The notes beneath the pieces were generated by a model. It ran no database searches. It was not told the DNA's origin and saw only the letters and a program-made list of their open reading frames with translations. From NCBI GenBank assembly GCA_963739455.1, contig CAVUAK010000001.1, forward strand, positions 928,001-992,000: 64,000 nucleotides of DNA, in the 5' to 3' direction. The position numbers and the translations under genes are program-made. Source of the DNA: an uncultured Gemmatimonadales bacterium (GTDB taxonomy: Bacteria; Gemmatimonadota; Gemmatimonadetes; Gemmatimonadales; GWC2-71-9). Shown one piece after another: positions 41,283 through 49,620 of this stretch; within the stretch, counting starts at the first letter, position 1; the number at the start of each line of letters is the position of its first letter.

Positions 41283-41785
41283 AGGCAGCCGTCACGTCCG
41301 TCGCGGCCATCATCGAACGGGAACTTCGCACCCTGCGCGCCCAGCTCGAGGCGTACGGCGATGAGCGGGATCTCTGGCTGCTCGCTCCCGGCATCGCGAA
41401 CCCGTCAGGGGCACTCGCAGCGCACCTGGTCGGCAACCTCCAGTACTACATCGGTACCAAGCTGGGCGGCACCGGCTACGTGCGCGACCGACCCGCCGAG
41501 TTCGCCCGGAGGGACCGGACCCGCGCCGATCTCATCGCTGCGATCGAGGAGACCCGCGCGATTGTCCGGGCCACGCTCGCCTCACTACCGGAGGAGGAGC
41601 TCGATCGTGAGTTCCCCGAGATGGTTGCGGGGGTGCAGCTCACCACCGGCGACTTCCTGATCCACCTCACTGCCCACCTCGGCTATCACCTGGGACAGAT
41701 CGACTCCCATCGTCGGCTGCTCACCGGTGGCGTGGCCGTCCGGGCGGTGCCCATCCCCGAACTGGCGAGTGCCCGCCCCGCCTGA
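41279..41785 (+). CDS. DinB-like (DUF1572/DUF664) protein
   Basis: HLVGNL.YYIG...YVRDRPAEF...HLGYHLGQI. Confidence 0.85.
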   Translation: MKAAVTSVAAIIERELRTLRAQLEAYGDERDLWLLAPGIANPSGALAAHLVGNLQYYIGTKLGGTGYVRDRPAEFARRDRTRADLIAAIEETRAIVRATLASLPEEELDREFPEMVAGVQLTTGDFLIHLTAHLGYHLGQIDSHRRLLTGGVAVRAVPIPELASARPA

Positions 41786-41875
41786 ACGCCGCCCTGGTCG
41801 AGGCGGGTCCGCAGTAGCGTATCGTGCGCCGAACGCCCAAGTTACGCCTCCCTGTCGCGGAGCTGCCCTGTCCAT

Positions 41876-42301
41876 ATGACCGACCGACCGCTTACGGAAA
41901 AGCTCGGGCTCAAGGGCCAATTGCGCGCGCTGATCCTCAACGCGCCGAAGGGCTACCGCACCCTGCTCGGCCCCTTGCCGCCCGACATCACCGTGAACAC
42001 GAAGCCATCGGGGCGTTATGACTTCGTGCACCTCTTCGTTGCCAATCGCGCCGAGCTGGCCACGTTCGGGCCGGCGGCGCTCGCCGCGGTCAAGCCGGCG
42101 GCGATCTTCTGGATCTCGTACCCGAAACAGGGTGGCGGCATCGAGAGTGACATTTCGCGGGATCACGGCTGGGACCTTGTCAACAGCGCTGGCTACGAAA
42201 CCGTGTCACAGGTTGCTGTCAACGACATCTGGTCGGCGCTGCGTTTCAGGCCTTCCGAGGACGTCGGAAAGCGAAGCCCGGCATCTCGCTCGAACGGTTG
42301 A
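41876..42301 (+). CDS. DUF3052-like protein
   Basis: LTEKLGLK...FWISYPK...VSQVAVNDIWSALRFR. Confidence 0.75.
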   Translation: MTDRPLTEKLGLKGQLRALILNAPKGYRTLLGPLPPDITVNTKPSGRYDFVHLFVANRAELATFGPAALAAVKPAAIFWISYPKQGGGIESDISRDHGWDLVNSAGYETVSQVAVNDIWSALRFRPSEDVGKRSPASRSNG

Positions 42302-42304
42302 AAC

Positions 42305-42664
42305 CTGAAGCCCTCACCGGGGTCAAGCTACCAGAAGATCTACGGCGTGGTGCGACGCATTCCCCGCGGTCGCGTCGCCACCTACGGCCAGGTTGCTGAA
42401 CTGGCCGGTCTCGCGGGCCACGCGCGCCAGGTAGGCTACGCCCTTCATGCGCTGCACGGTGCGAGTGCGCTCCCGTGGCACCGGGTGGTCAATGCTGCCG
42501 GTGCCATCAGCCTTCGGTCGGTTCCCGGCTTCGAGCTGGAGCAGCGCATCCGGCTGGAGGCCGAGGGGGTGACGTTCAATGCGCGGGGACGGGTGCCCCT
42601 CGCGCGCTATCGCTGGAGCGGCACTCGCGGTTCCACTTCGCAGGGAGGTCGCCATGTCCGATAG
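42305..42664 (+). CDS. Alkyltransferase-like (ATL/YbaZ-type MGMT family) protein; start uncertain
   Basis: IPRGRVATYGQVA; PWHRVVN (Trp in place of the MGMT catalytic Cys). Confidence 0.85.
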   Translation: MKPSPGSSYQKIYGVVRRIPRGRVATYGQVAELAGLAGHARQVGYALHALHGASALPWHRVVNAAGAISLRSVPGFELEQRIRLEAEGVTFNARGRVPLARYRWSGTRGSTSQGGRHVR

Positions 42665-43022
42665 CGCAGGCCCAGGCAATCCCCTCGTCAAGGCAGCGAC
42701 GATCGGGACGGTGCTGCAGGTGCTGATGGTGGTGGCCGGTCACTTCATGCCGCAGCTGGCGCAGCTCTTCCCGGTACTGGGAACGGGGCTGGGCGGAGTG
42801 ACCGGCTTGCTCTTCGGGCTCTTCAACAAGGGTGCAACCGGCGGGTCGCTGGCCGGGGGCGGTGCCGTCGCGGGTGGTCTCGCGGGCCTCCTCGGCTCTG
42901 CGGTGTCCATGGCGATGGGCGATGTGCCGGGCGCAACCGTCGGCATTGCGACGGGATCCACCGCCGTTGCCGGCGCCATCGGCGGCTTCCTCGGAAAATT
43001 TCTCGGCGGCAAGACCGCCTGA
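42654..43022 (+). CDS. Gly/Ala-rich small membrane protein
   Basis: GGAGG RBS; about 4 hydrophobic Gly-rich helices. Confidence 0.75.
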   Translation: MSDSAGPGNPLVKAATIGTVLQVLMVVAGHFMPQLAQLFPVLGTGLGGVTGLLFGLFNKGATGGSLAGGGAVAGGLAGLLGSAVSMAMGDVPGATVGIATGSTAVAGAIGGFLGKFLGGKTA

Positions 43023-43059
43023 CATTCACATCAAGCTCACCGCACGAAAGGGGGATGCT

Positions 43060-43695
43060 GTGCCGAAGTATCTGACTGAGTTCATTGGGACGTTCTTCCT
43101 CACCCTCACTGCCTGTCTCACCGTCACCGGCGACCGGCCGATCCCGGCACTGGCGATCGGGAGCTCGCTCATGATCATGGTGTACATGGGCGGTCACATC
43201 TCCGGTGCGCACTACAACCCGGCGGTGTCGCTGGCGCTGCTGCTGCGGAAGAAGTTCCCCTCATCCGACTTCGTGCCCTACGTCGTCTCACAGTTGCTGG
43301 GCGCCACGGTGGCCGCATATGTCGCATACCTGGTGCTCGGCAAGACCGTCGGGGTTGCGCCCGGCACCGGTGTCAGCGCCTTCACCGCGGTCCTGGTGGA
43401 AGCGCTCTTCACCTTCGCGCTGGCACTGACGGTCCTCAACGTTGCCTGCTCGGAAAAGACCAAGGGCAACTCGTACTACGGCCTCGCGATCGGTTTCACG
43501 ATCGTGGTGGCGGCGTTCGCCGGCGGATGGATTTCCGGCGGGGCATTCAACCCGGCCGTGGGCACCGGACCAAACGTGATCAACGCGCTGTTCGGCGGCG
43601 GCACCTGGTCCACTCTCTGGATCTACTACGTGGGCCCGCTGCTGGGTGGCGTACTCGCGTCGGTGGTCTTTGGCATCCAGGAGGGGGCAGCCTGA
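43060..43695 (+). CDS. MIP/aquaporin family channel
   Basis: EFIGTFFL, HISGAHYNPAVS, SGGAFNPAVG. Confidence 0.92.
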   Translation: MPKYLTEFIGTFFLTLTACLTVTGDRPIPALAIGSSLMIMVYMGGHISGAHYNPAVSLALLLRKKFPSSDFVPYVVSQLLGATVAAYVAYLVLGKTVGVAPGTGVSAFTAVLVEALFTFALALTVLNVACSEKTKGNSYYGLAIGFTIVVAAFAGGWISGGAFNPAVGTGPNVINALFGGGTWSTLWIYYVGPLLGGVLASVVFGIQEGAA

Positions 43696-44120
43696 CCATC
43701 GGCTGGCACCACCTCATCTGCCTTGTTGCCGTTGCCGGATGCAGCGGCAACAAGCAGGTACAGACCGGTGAGCATCCCTCGGGAGCGAAAATGGCAAAGG
43801 TGACGGGCACCGTGTTCTACCTCGAGCGCGTCGCACTGCCACCCGGCGCCGTGCTGAAGGTGCAGCTCAGCGACGTTTCCCGGGCTGATGCACCGGCCGA
43901 CGTGATTGCCGCCGATTCCATCACCGTCACCCACCAGGTGCCGATCCCATTCTCGCTGTCCTATGACCCGCAACGCATCGTCCCCTCACACACCTATGTG
44001 GTGCAGGCCCGCATCGAGGTGGACGGCAAGCTCCGCTTCATCAACACCTCTTCCAACCCGGTGGTGACGAACGGCAAGCCGGCTTCCGTCGATGTCCGCG
44101 TCTCCCCGGTGCCGCAGTAG
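43692..44120 (+). CDS. YbaY family lipoprotein (probable CTG start; otherwise ATG 43791)
   Basis: Lipobox VAVAGC; VTGTVFYLERVALPPGA, DVSRADAP, QVPIPFSL.YD. Confidence 0.85.
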   Translation: MTIGWHHLICLVAVAGCSGNKQVQTGEHPSGAKMAKVTGTVFYLERVALPPGAVLKVQLSDVSRADAPADVIAADSITVTHQVPIPFSLSYDPQRIVPSHTYVVQARIEVDGKLRFINTSSNPVVTNGKPASVDVRVSPVPQ

Positions 44121-44145
44121 CCGGACGGACGTCCGGCACCTTGAC

Positions 44146-45117
44146 GTGAACTGGCGCACCATTGGTCTCGCGTTGGTGCTGCTCTGTGCCTGTTCCCCAT
44201 CCGGAGCCGCGCAGCAGCCGGTCAAGGTTGCATGCGCTGGCTCACCGCGGGTCCTCCCGGCAGTGGATTCAACGCGACTCATCGCCGACCTCGCAGCACT
44301 CGCCGACGACTCGATGGAGGGCCGTGGCCTGGGCACGCCTGGCGGCGCGCGCGCGCGCGCCTTCGTGCTCGACCGGTTTCGTGCGACCGGGCTGGATAGC
44401 CTCGCCACCGGCATGCTGCAGCACTTTCCCGTGGCCAGTGGATCAGGGGAGGGCGCGAACGTGGTGGCCATGGTGCGTGGACGCACGCGTCCGGGGCGCA
44501 TCATCCTGGTGACTGCGCACTACGATCATCTCGGGAAGCAGCAGGGCGAGGTCTACAACGGCGCCGATGACAACGCGTCGGGCACCGCTGCGATCATGGC
44601 GATCGCCGGGTGGTTCCGCCGGAATCCGCCCGCTAACACCGTAATGTTCGTGGCGCTCGATGGTGAGGAAGAGGGACTGCTGGGAGCCGCTGCGTTCGTG
44701 CGCGACAGCATGGTCGCCGCTGATTCAGTCATCCTGGACGTCAACCTGGACATGGTGAGTCGCAGCGCCAAGTGGCAGCTCTTCGCCGTGGGACCGAAGC
44801 GCTATCCCTCGCTCGTACCCTACCTCGCGAGCACCGCCTGCAGTGCGCAACTCGCGCTGATGCTGGGTCACGACAAGGGCTGGCCGGCCAGTGAGGACTG
44901 GACCATGCAGTCGGATCAGGGAGCGTTCCAGGAGGCGGGCATTCCGTTCACCTACTTCGGTGTCGAGGACCACGCCGACTACCACCGTCCCACCGACGAT
45001 GTATCACGCATTGATCCAGGCTTCTTCGTGGCCGCCACCCGCGCGATTGCGCTCTACGTGTCGCTGGTGGACGCCAGCCCGGCTGCCGCCGAATCGGCGC
45101 GAACCGTCAGTCAGTAG
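44146..45117 (+). CDS. M28 family metallopeptidase (lipoprotein)
   Basis: AHYDHLG, GADDNASG, GEEEGLLG, NLDM, SDQ, YHRPTD. Confidence 0.92.
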   Translation: MNWRTIGLALVLLCACSPSGAAQQPVKVACAGSPRVLPAVDSTRLIADLAALADDSMEGRGLGTPGGARARAFVLDRFRATGLDSLATGMLQHFPVASGSGEGANVVAMVRGRTRPGRIILVTAHYDHLGKQQGEVYNGADDNASGTAAIMAIAGWFRRNPPANTVMFVALDGEEEGLLGAAAFVRDSMVAADSVILDVNLDMVSRSAKWQLFAVGPKRYPSLVPYLASTACSAQLALMLGHDKGWPASEDWTMQSDQGAFQEAGIPFTYFGVEDHADYHRPTDDVSRIDPGFFVAATRAIALYVSLVDASPAAAESARTVSQ

Positions 45118-45493
45118 CCCCGGGCTGCGCGAACCCCACCACCGTGCCGCAGGGGGCCCGCACGAAGATCTCCTCCGCACCGTAGAACGTGGTGCGCCGC
45201 GGCACCACCACATCCAGCCCCGCCACGACTCGCTCGACGGCGTTGATGTCGTCCACGTCGATGTAGAGCGCGATGCCATGGCCCTGCGCCGCGACACCAG
45301 GGACGTCGGCGTCGAGGCTCGCGCGCGACTGGTACATCACCTCGAAGCCATCCTTCACCAGGATCACGAAGCCGAGCCTGTCCTCGTGCGGAACCTGCAC
45401 CGCGAGGGCAAAGCCGAGGCGGTCGGTCCAGAAGGGCAGGCAAGGTTCGATCGCGTCCACCGGGATGATCGGGACCACCTTCCTGATCTGCAT
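45107..45493 (-). CDS. VOC family protein
   Basis: LYIDVDD...RRTTFYGAEEIFVRAPCGTVVGFAQ; AAGGAG RBS. Confidence 0.82.
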   Translation of the reverse strand: MQIRKVVPIIPVDAIEPCLPFWTDRLGFALAVQVPHEDRLGFVILVKDGFEVMYQSRASLDADVPGVAAQGHGIALYIDVDDINAVERVVAGLDVVVPRRTTFYGAEEIFVRAPCGTVVGFAQPGATD

Positions 45494-45565
45494 GTCGCAC
45501 TCCTTGCCGTGTGAGGCAGGTAGCAGCTCGATTGACTGACATTCGCGCCATCGTAGATTGGCTGC

Positions 45566-46099
45566 ATGCCCACTGCTTCCGCTACCCGTCCCCTGGCCGG
45601 CGAGTTCCTGCCGTACTTCGGCACCTACATCGACAAGGTCCCCGATGGGGACGTGATCGCCCTGCTCGAGTCATCCATCGGCACCACCAGGAAGGTGCTC
45701 GCGACCGTGCCTGAGGAGCGCGCCGGGTATCGCTATGCGGAAGGGAAGTGGAGTATCAAGGAAGTCATCGGGCACATGTCCGACACCGAGCGGATCTTCA
45801 CCTACCGGCTCCTCACCTTTGCGCGCGGCGATGCCGGCCCGCAGCCCGGCTTCGACGAGACGAGCTACACTCCAGCCCAGCAATCGGACCGGGTCCCGTT
45901 CGCGTGGCTGCTCGATGAGTTCACCGCCGTCCGCGCGGCCACACTCGCCCTGCTGAAGGTGCTGCCGCCCGAGGCGTGGGAACGCCGCGGTGTCGCCAGC
46001 ACGCACACGCTGAGCGTGCGTGCGTCAGCCTGGATCATTGCCGGCCACGAGATCCACCATCGCCGCGTGCTCGAGGAGCGCTACCTCGGCGCGCCCTGA
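45566..46099 (+). CDS. DinB family protein
   Basis: RYAEGKWSIKEVIGHMSDTERIF; IAGHEIHH; TTGACT-16-TAGATT then 6 nt to ATG. Confidence 0.9.
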   Translation: MPTASATRPLAGEFLPYFGTYIDKVPDGDVIALLESSIGTTRKVLATVPEERAGYRYAEGKWSIKEVIGHMSDTERIFTYRLLTFARGDAGPQPGFDETSYTPAQQSDRVPFAWLLDEFTAVRAATLALLKVLPPEAWERRGVASTHTLSVRASAWIIAGHEIHHRRVLEERYLGAP

Positions 46100-46995
46100 C
46101 GGGCAAAGCCGACCACCAGCAACTGCACGAATTGGTCGGCGCGCGACTGGCTGCCGAACGCATCCTCGTAGCCCGCCGCAGGCCTCGCCGCAACGATCAC
46201 CTCCATCGACTCACCCCGCTGTACCGCATCGCTCACCTTCTGCCCCACCGCCTGGAGCATCGCGCGATACGCCGCCATGCCGGCGCGATTGGTCGTCGGG
46301 CCGTGGCCCGGGACGATGATCGTCTCGTCATTGGCGATGGCCAGGCCCCGGTCCACGGCGGCGAGCATCCCCGCCCAGGTGCCACCAGCCCAGTAGTCGA
46401 TGAACGGCGGCGCGCCGAGCTCGAGCACGTCGCCCATGTGCAGGACGTTGGCCATTGGTAGCCAGATGATCAGGTCGCCGTCGGTATGGGCGCCCGGCAC
46501 ATGATATAGCACGACCTGCCCGCCCTTCCGCGCGATGGTCAGCGAGTCGTCAAGGCATTTGGTGGGCAGGGCATCGGCCGGTGCGGGCGTGCGATGCCAC
46601 TCGCGCCACTCGGTGATGGTGGTGTCCTTCCTCGCCTGCACCGCCACGTTGCATTGCGCGATGAGCTGCGCGCCCTGGGCCTTCCAGTGCGGGTTGCCCC
46701 CGATGTGATCATCGTGATAGTGCGTCGTCACTACTGTCTTCACCGGTCGCGTGGTGAGGGCGCGGAGCGACGAATCGGCGAGCCCGACGCGCCGCTCGCT
46801 CTGCGCATCCACGAGCAGTACGTCGGTTCCGTCGTCGTGGACCAGGATGTTCCCGTTCGTGAACCCGGAGAGCACCCAGATTCCGGGGCGGAGCGGGGTG
46901 GTGGTGATCTGCATGACGGACTGCGCGGGCGCAATCGACGGGCGGGCAGCAAGCAACAGGAGAACGACGAGGCAGGGATGTCTCGGTACGCGCAT
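46081..46995 (-). CDS. Exported MBL-fold metallo-hydrolase
   Basis: THYHDDHIGGN, AHTDGD, HMGD, VPGHG; signal peptide. Confidence 0.9.
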   Translation of the reverse strand: MRVPRHPCLVVLLLLAARPSIAPAQSVMQITTTPLRPGIWVLSGFTNGNILVHDDGTDVLLVDAQSERRVGLADSSLRALTTRPVKTVVTTHYHDDHIGGNPHWKAQGAQLIAQCNVAVQARKDTTITEWREWHRTPAPADALPTKCLDDSLTIARKGGQVVLYHVPGAHTDGDLIIWLPMANVLHMGDVLELGAPPFIDYWAGGTWAGMLAAVDRGLAIANDETIIVPGHGPTTNRAGMAAYRAMLQAVGQKVSDAVQRGESMEVIVAARPAAGYEDAFGSQSRADQFVQLLVVGFARQGAPR

Positions 46996-47063
46996 TCCGG
47001 TTCCGGTGATGAGGGTCCAGAGCCGGACGGAGGCGTACGGCCGTTCGTTTCAGTACCGCGCCG

Positions 47064-47204
47064 TCACTCCTTTTCCTGCAGCATTCGCTGGGGTGGATCG
47101 TCGAGGTCATCGAACTGGCCCCGCTTCGCTGCCGTGATGAACAGGAAAGCAAAGATTCCGCCCAGGACCAGCGCAATCGGCAGCAGGAAGATGACTGCGT
47201 TCAC
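47064..47204 (-). CDS. ccoS: cbb3-type oxidase assembly protein CcoS/FixS (46 aa)
   Basis: Not in ORF track; MNAVIFLLPIALVLGGIFAFLFITAAKRGQFDDLDDPPQRML; GTGA overlap with ccoI stop. Confidence 0.92.
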   Translation of the reverse strand: MNAVIFLLPIALVLGGIFAFLFITAAKRGQFDDLDDPPQRMLQEKE

Positions 47205-49483
47205 TGGTCGCCTTCCCGAACCAGTCGCTCGACCTGGAGGGCGCCCCAGATGACCATGCCGCTGGAGAGCGGCATGAGGAGCGCCGCGACCAGCGGGTTC
47301 ACCAGGCCAGCGGCGGCGGCGGATACGGCGAGCACGTTGTAGGTCAGCGAACGTCGCTGGTTGCGGCGGATGACCTGCCGGCAGGCCCGCGCCGCGCGCC
47401 GTGCCGCCAGGATCGGTGCGAGTGAAGGTCGCGCGATGACGCCGTCGGCCACCAGTACGCTGCTCGCCGCGCCACTTCCCATCGCGATGCCCACGTCAGC
47501 CATTGCGAGCGCGGGGCCATCGTTGAGTCCGTCGCCCGCAAACAGCACGCGATGCCTCATGCGCTGACGCTCCTCGATCCACTTCGCCTTTTGCTCCGGG
47601 CCGCATCGCGCCACAATCATCGCGATGCCCGCCGCCGCTGCGATGCGGTCCGCCACCTCGGCGTGATCGCCGGTGATCAGGGCAACGCCGAGCCCCTGTG
47701 CCTCGAGCTGCCGCACCGTGTCGGCCGCGTCAGGCCGGATCACGTCGCCCAGCCGGATGCGGTGCTCCTGGCCGCTGTCATCACTCAGGAGCAGTGAGCC
47801 GGGGCCGCCCGTACCCAGGTGCCATGCCACGCCGTCGACCCGGCCCCGCATTCCGACACCGGCTTCCTCGCGCACGTCTTCGCCCCGTGGCAACGCGAGG
47901 TCCCGGCTGATCGCCTTCTCCACGATCGCTCGCGCGATCGGGTGCGTGCTGTAGCGCTCGAGTCCGGCCGCGATGCGCAGCGCGCCGTCATCGGCCTCGA
48001 TCACCGTCATGGTGCCGGACGTGACCGTACCCGTCTTGTCGAAGGCAACCAGGTCCACGTCGTCCAGGTCGAGCAGTGCATCAGCGGAGCGGAGCAGGAG
48101 CCCGCGCCGCGCCGCTGCGCCGAGGCCGGCCGCCGCCGCCAATGGCTGGGACAGTGCCAGGGCGCAGGGACAGGCAACCACGAGGACCGCTACCGTGCGA
48201 GTCAGCGCCACGTCGGCACCGCGCGTGAACCACCAGCCGATGCAGGTGATTGTGGCAATCACCAGCGTCACCGCGGTGAACCACGGCGCAATGCGGTCCG
48301 CCGAGGAGGGACGCATGCCGCGATCGGCGGCGTGCTCCAGCTGCGCCGCCATGCGGCTGAGCATCGTCTCGCTGCCCACCGCCTCGACCTGGACCGTGAG
48401 TGCCCCGTCGAGGAGGATCGATCCTGCCACCACCCTGTCGCCCGCCGACACCGACACCGGCTCAGCTTCTCCGGTGAGCAAGGCCATCCGCACCTGTCCG
48501 GCGCCTTCAGTTATCACGCCGTCGGCAGCGAGCTCCTCGCCCTCACCTACATCGATCAAGTCACCGGCGCGAAGCGCTGAGGCGTCCACTGTCTCGAGCT
48601 GGCCAGCCACCTGTCGGCGCGCAGTACGGGGCGCGGTCGCCGCGAGCGACATGGCCGCTTCCACCGCGCGTCGCCGACCGCCACTCTCGAGCATGCGCCC
48701 CGCCAGCAGGAGCGCCACCAGCATGCCGAGCGAGTCCAGGTAGCCTTCGTGACCGTTGATTGTCGCGACCACGCCGTGACCGTAGAGGAGGACGACGCCG
48801 AGGGCGATCGGCAGGTCCATGTGCAGCACACGCCGTCGCAGCCCGGACACGGCACCCGCAAAGAATGGTGCCGCACACCAGAGTGCCACCGGCGTCGCCA
48901 CCACCAGCGCGAGCCAGCGGAACAATGCGGCGAACCGCGGCTCCATGACATCGAACCACCCGGTATAGAGCGATGCGTAAAGCAGCATGAGGTTCATGGA
49001 GCAGAACGCGGCGACGCCGAGCCGCACCAGGAGGTCACGATCGGGGGTTGCTTCCTCGCCGAGGGCGCGCGGGCGGTACCCGAGCGCCGCGATGCGCCCG
49101 GCAAGCGCCGTCAGGTCGATGCGGCGCGGGTCCCAGCGAATCGACGCGCGGCCGGTGGCGTAGCTCACCATGACATGTTCCACGCCTGGCGTGCGCTCCA
49201 GCACCTGCTCGATCACCCACACGCACGACGCGCAACGCAGTCCGTCCAGCTGGATGCGGACCTCCTCCATGCCGCCCGCAGCGTGGCTGGTGGGCACGGC
49301 GGTCCATCCAGCCGGCGCGATGCCCGGTCGCGGGGCACAGACGGTGCGCTCTTCGTAGTAGCGACCGAGTCCGGCGCCCTGGATGATGGCGTACGCCATC
49401 TCACACCCCGTGCAGCAGAAGCGCTCTTCGCGCGCCTCGAGGGCGGTGCCGCAGTGAACGCACTCGCCGTGCCCCACGCTCAT
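47201..49483 (-). CDS. ccoI: Cu-translocating P1B-ATPase CcoI/FixI
   Basis: CVHC/FCCTGC, HMA CASC, TGE, CPC, DKTGT, GDGLND. Confidence 0.93.
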   Translation of the reverse strand: MSVGHGECVHCGTALEAREERFCCTGCEMAYAIIQGAGLGRYYEERTVCAPRPGIAPAGWTAVPTSHAAGGMEEVRIQLDGLRCASCVWVIEQVLERTPGVEHVMVSYATGRASIRWDPRRIDLTALAGRIAALGYRPRALGEEATPDRDLLVRLGVAAFCSMNLMLLYASLYTGWFDVMEPRFAALFRWLALVVATPVALWCAAPFFAGAVSGLRRRVLHMDLPIALGVVLLYGHGVVATINGHEGYLDSLGMLVALLLAGRMLESGGRRRAVEAAMSLAATAPRTARRQVAGQLETVDASALRAGDLIDVGEGEELAADGVITEGAGQVRMALLTGEAEPVSVSAGDRVVAGSILLDGALTVQVEAVGSETMLSRMAAQLEHAADRGMRPSSADRIAPWFTAVTLVIATITCIGWWFTRGADVALTRTVAVLVVACPCALALSQPLAAAAGLGAAARRGLLLRSADALLDLDDVDLVAFDKTGTVTSGTMTVIEADDGALRIAAGLERYSTHPIARAIVEKAISRDLALPRGEDVREEAGVGMRGRVDGVAWHLGTGGPGSLLLSDDSGQEHRIRLGDVIRPDAADTVRQLEAQGLGVALITGDHAEVADRIAAAAGIAMIVARCGPEQKAKWIEERQRMRHRVLFAGDGLNDGPALAMADVGIAMGSGAASSVLVADGVIARPSLAPILAARRAARACRQVIRRNQRRSLTYNVLAVSAAAAGLVNPLVAALLMPLSSGMVIWGALQVERLVREGDQ

Positions 49484-49620
49484 CTCGGCTCCGTCGTGTA
49501 GGACTCGGCCACGGGGTCGCGATCGCTCAAGGCGACCCACACGAACACGCCGTTCACCAGGATCATCACGGCGAAGGCGATGGCCAGGCCGATGGGCCAC
49601 CGTCGCTCAGTCGGGTGCAT
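49480..49620 (-). CDS. ccoH: Minimal CcoH/FixH-like single-TM protein (46 aa)
   Basis: Not in ORF track; MHPTERRWPIGLAIAFAVMILVNGVFVWVALSDRDPVAESY, located between ccoG and ccoI with ATGA coupling. Confidence 0.7.
   Translation of the reverse strand: MHPTERRWPIGLAIAFAVMILVNGVFVWVALSDRDPVAESYTTEPR

Noticed and set aside
46081..46995. Metallo-beta-lactamase resistance gene
   Set aside because: HxHxDH is fold-wide; the MGD motif lacks the B1 Cys ligand.
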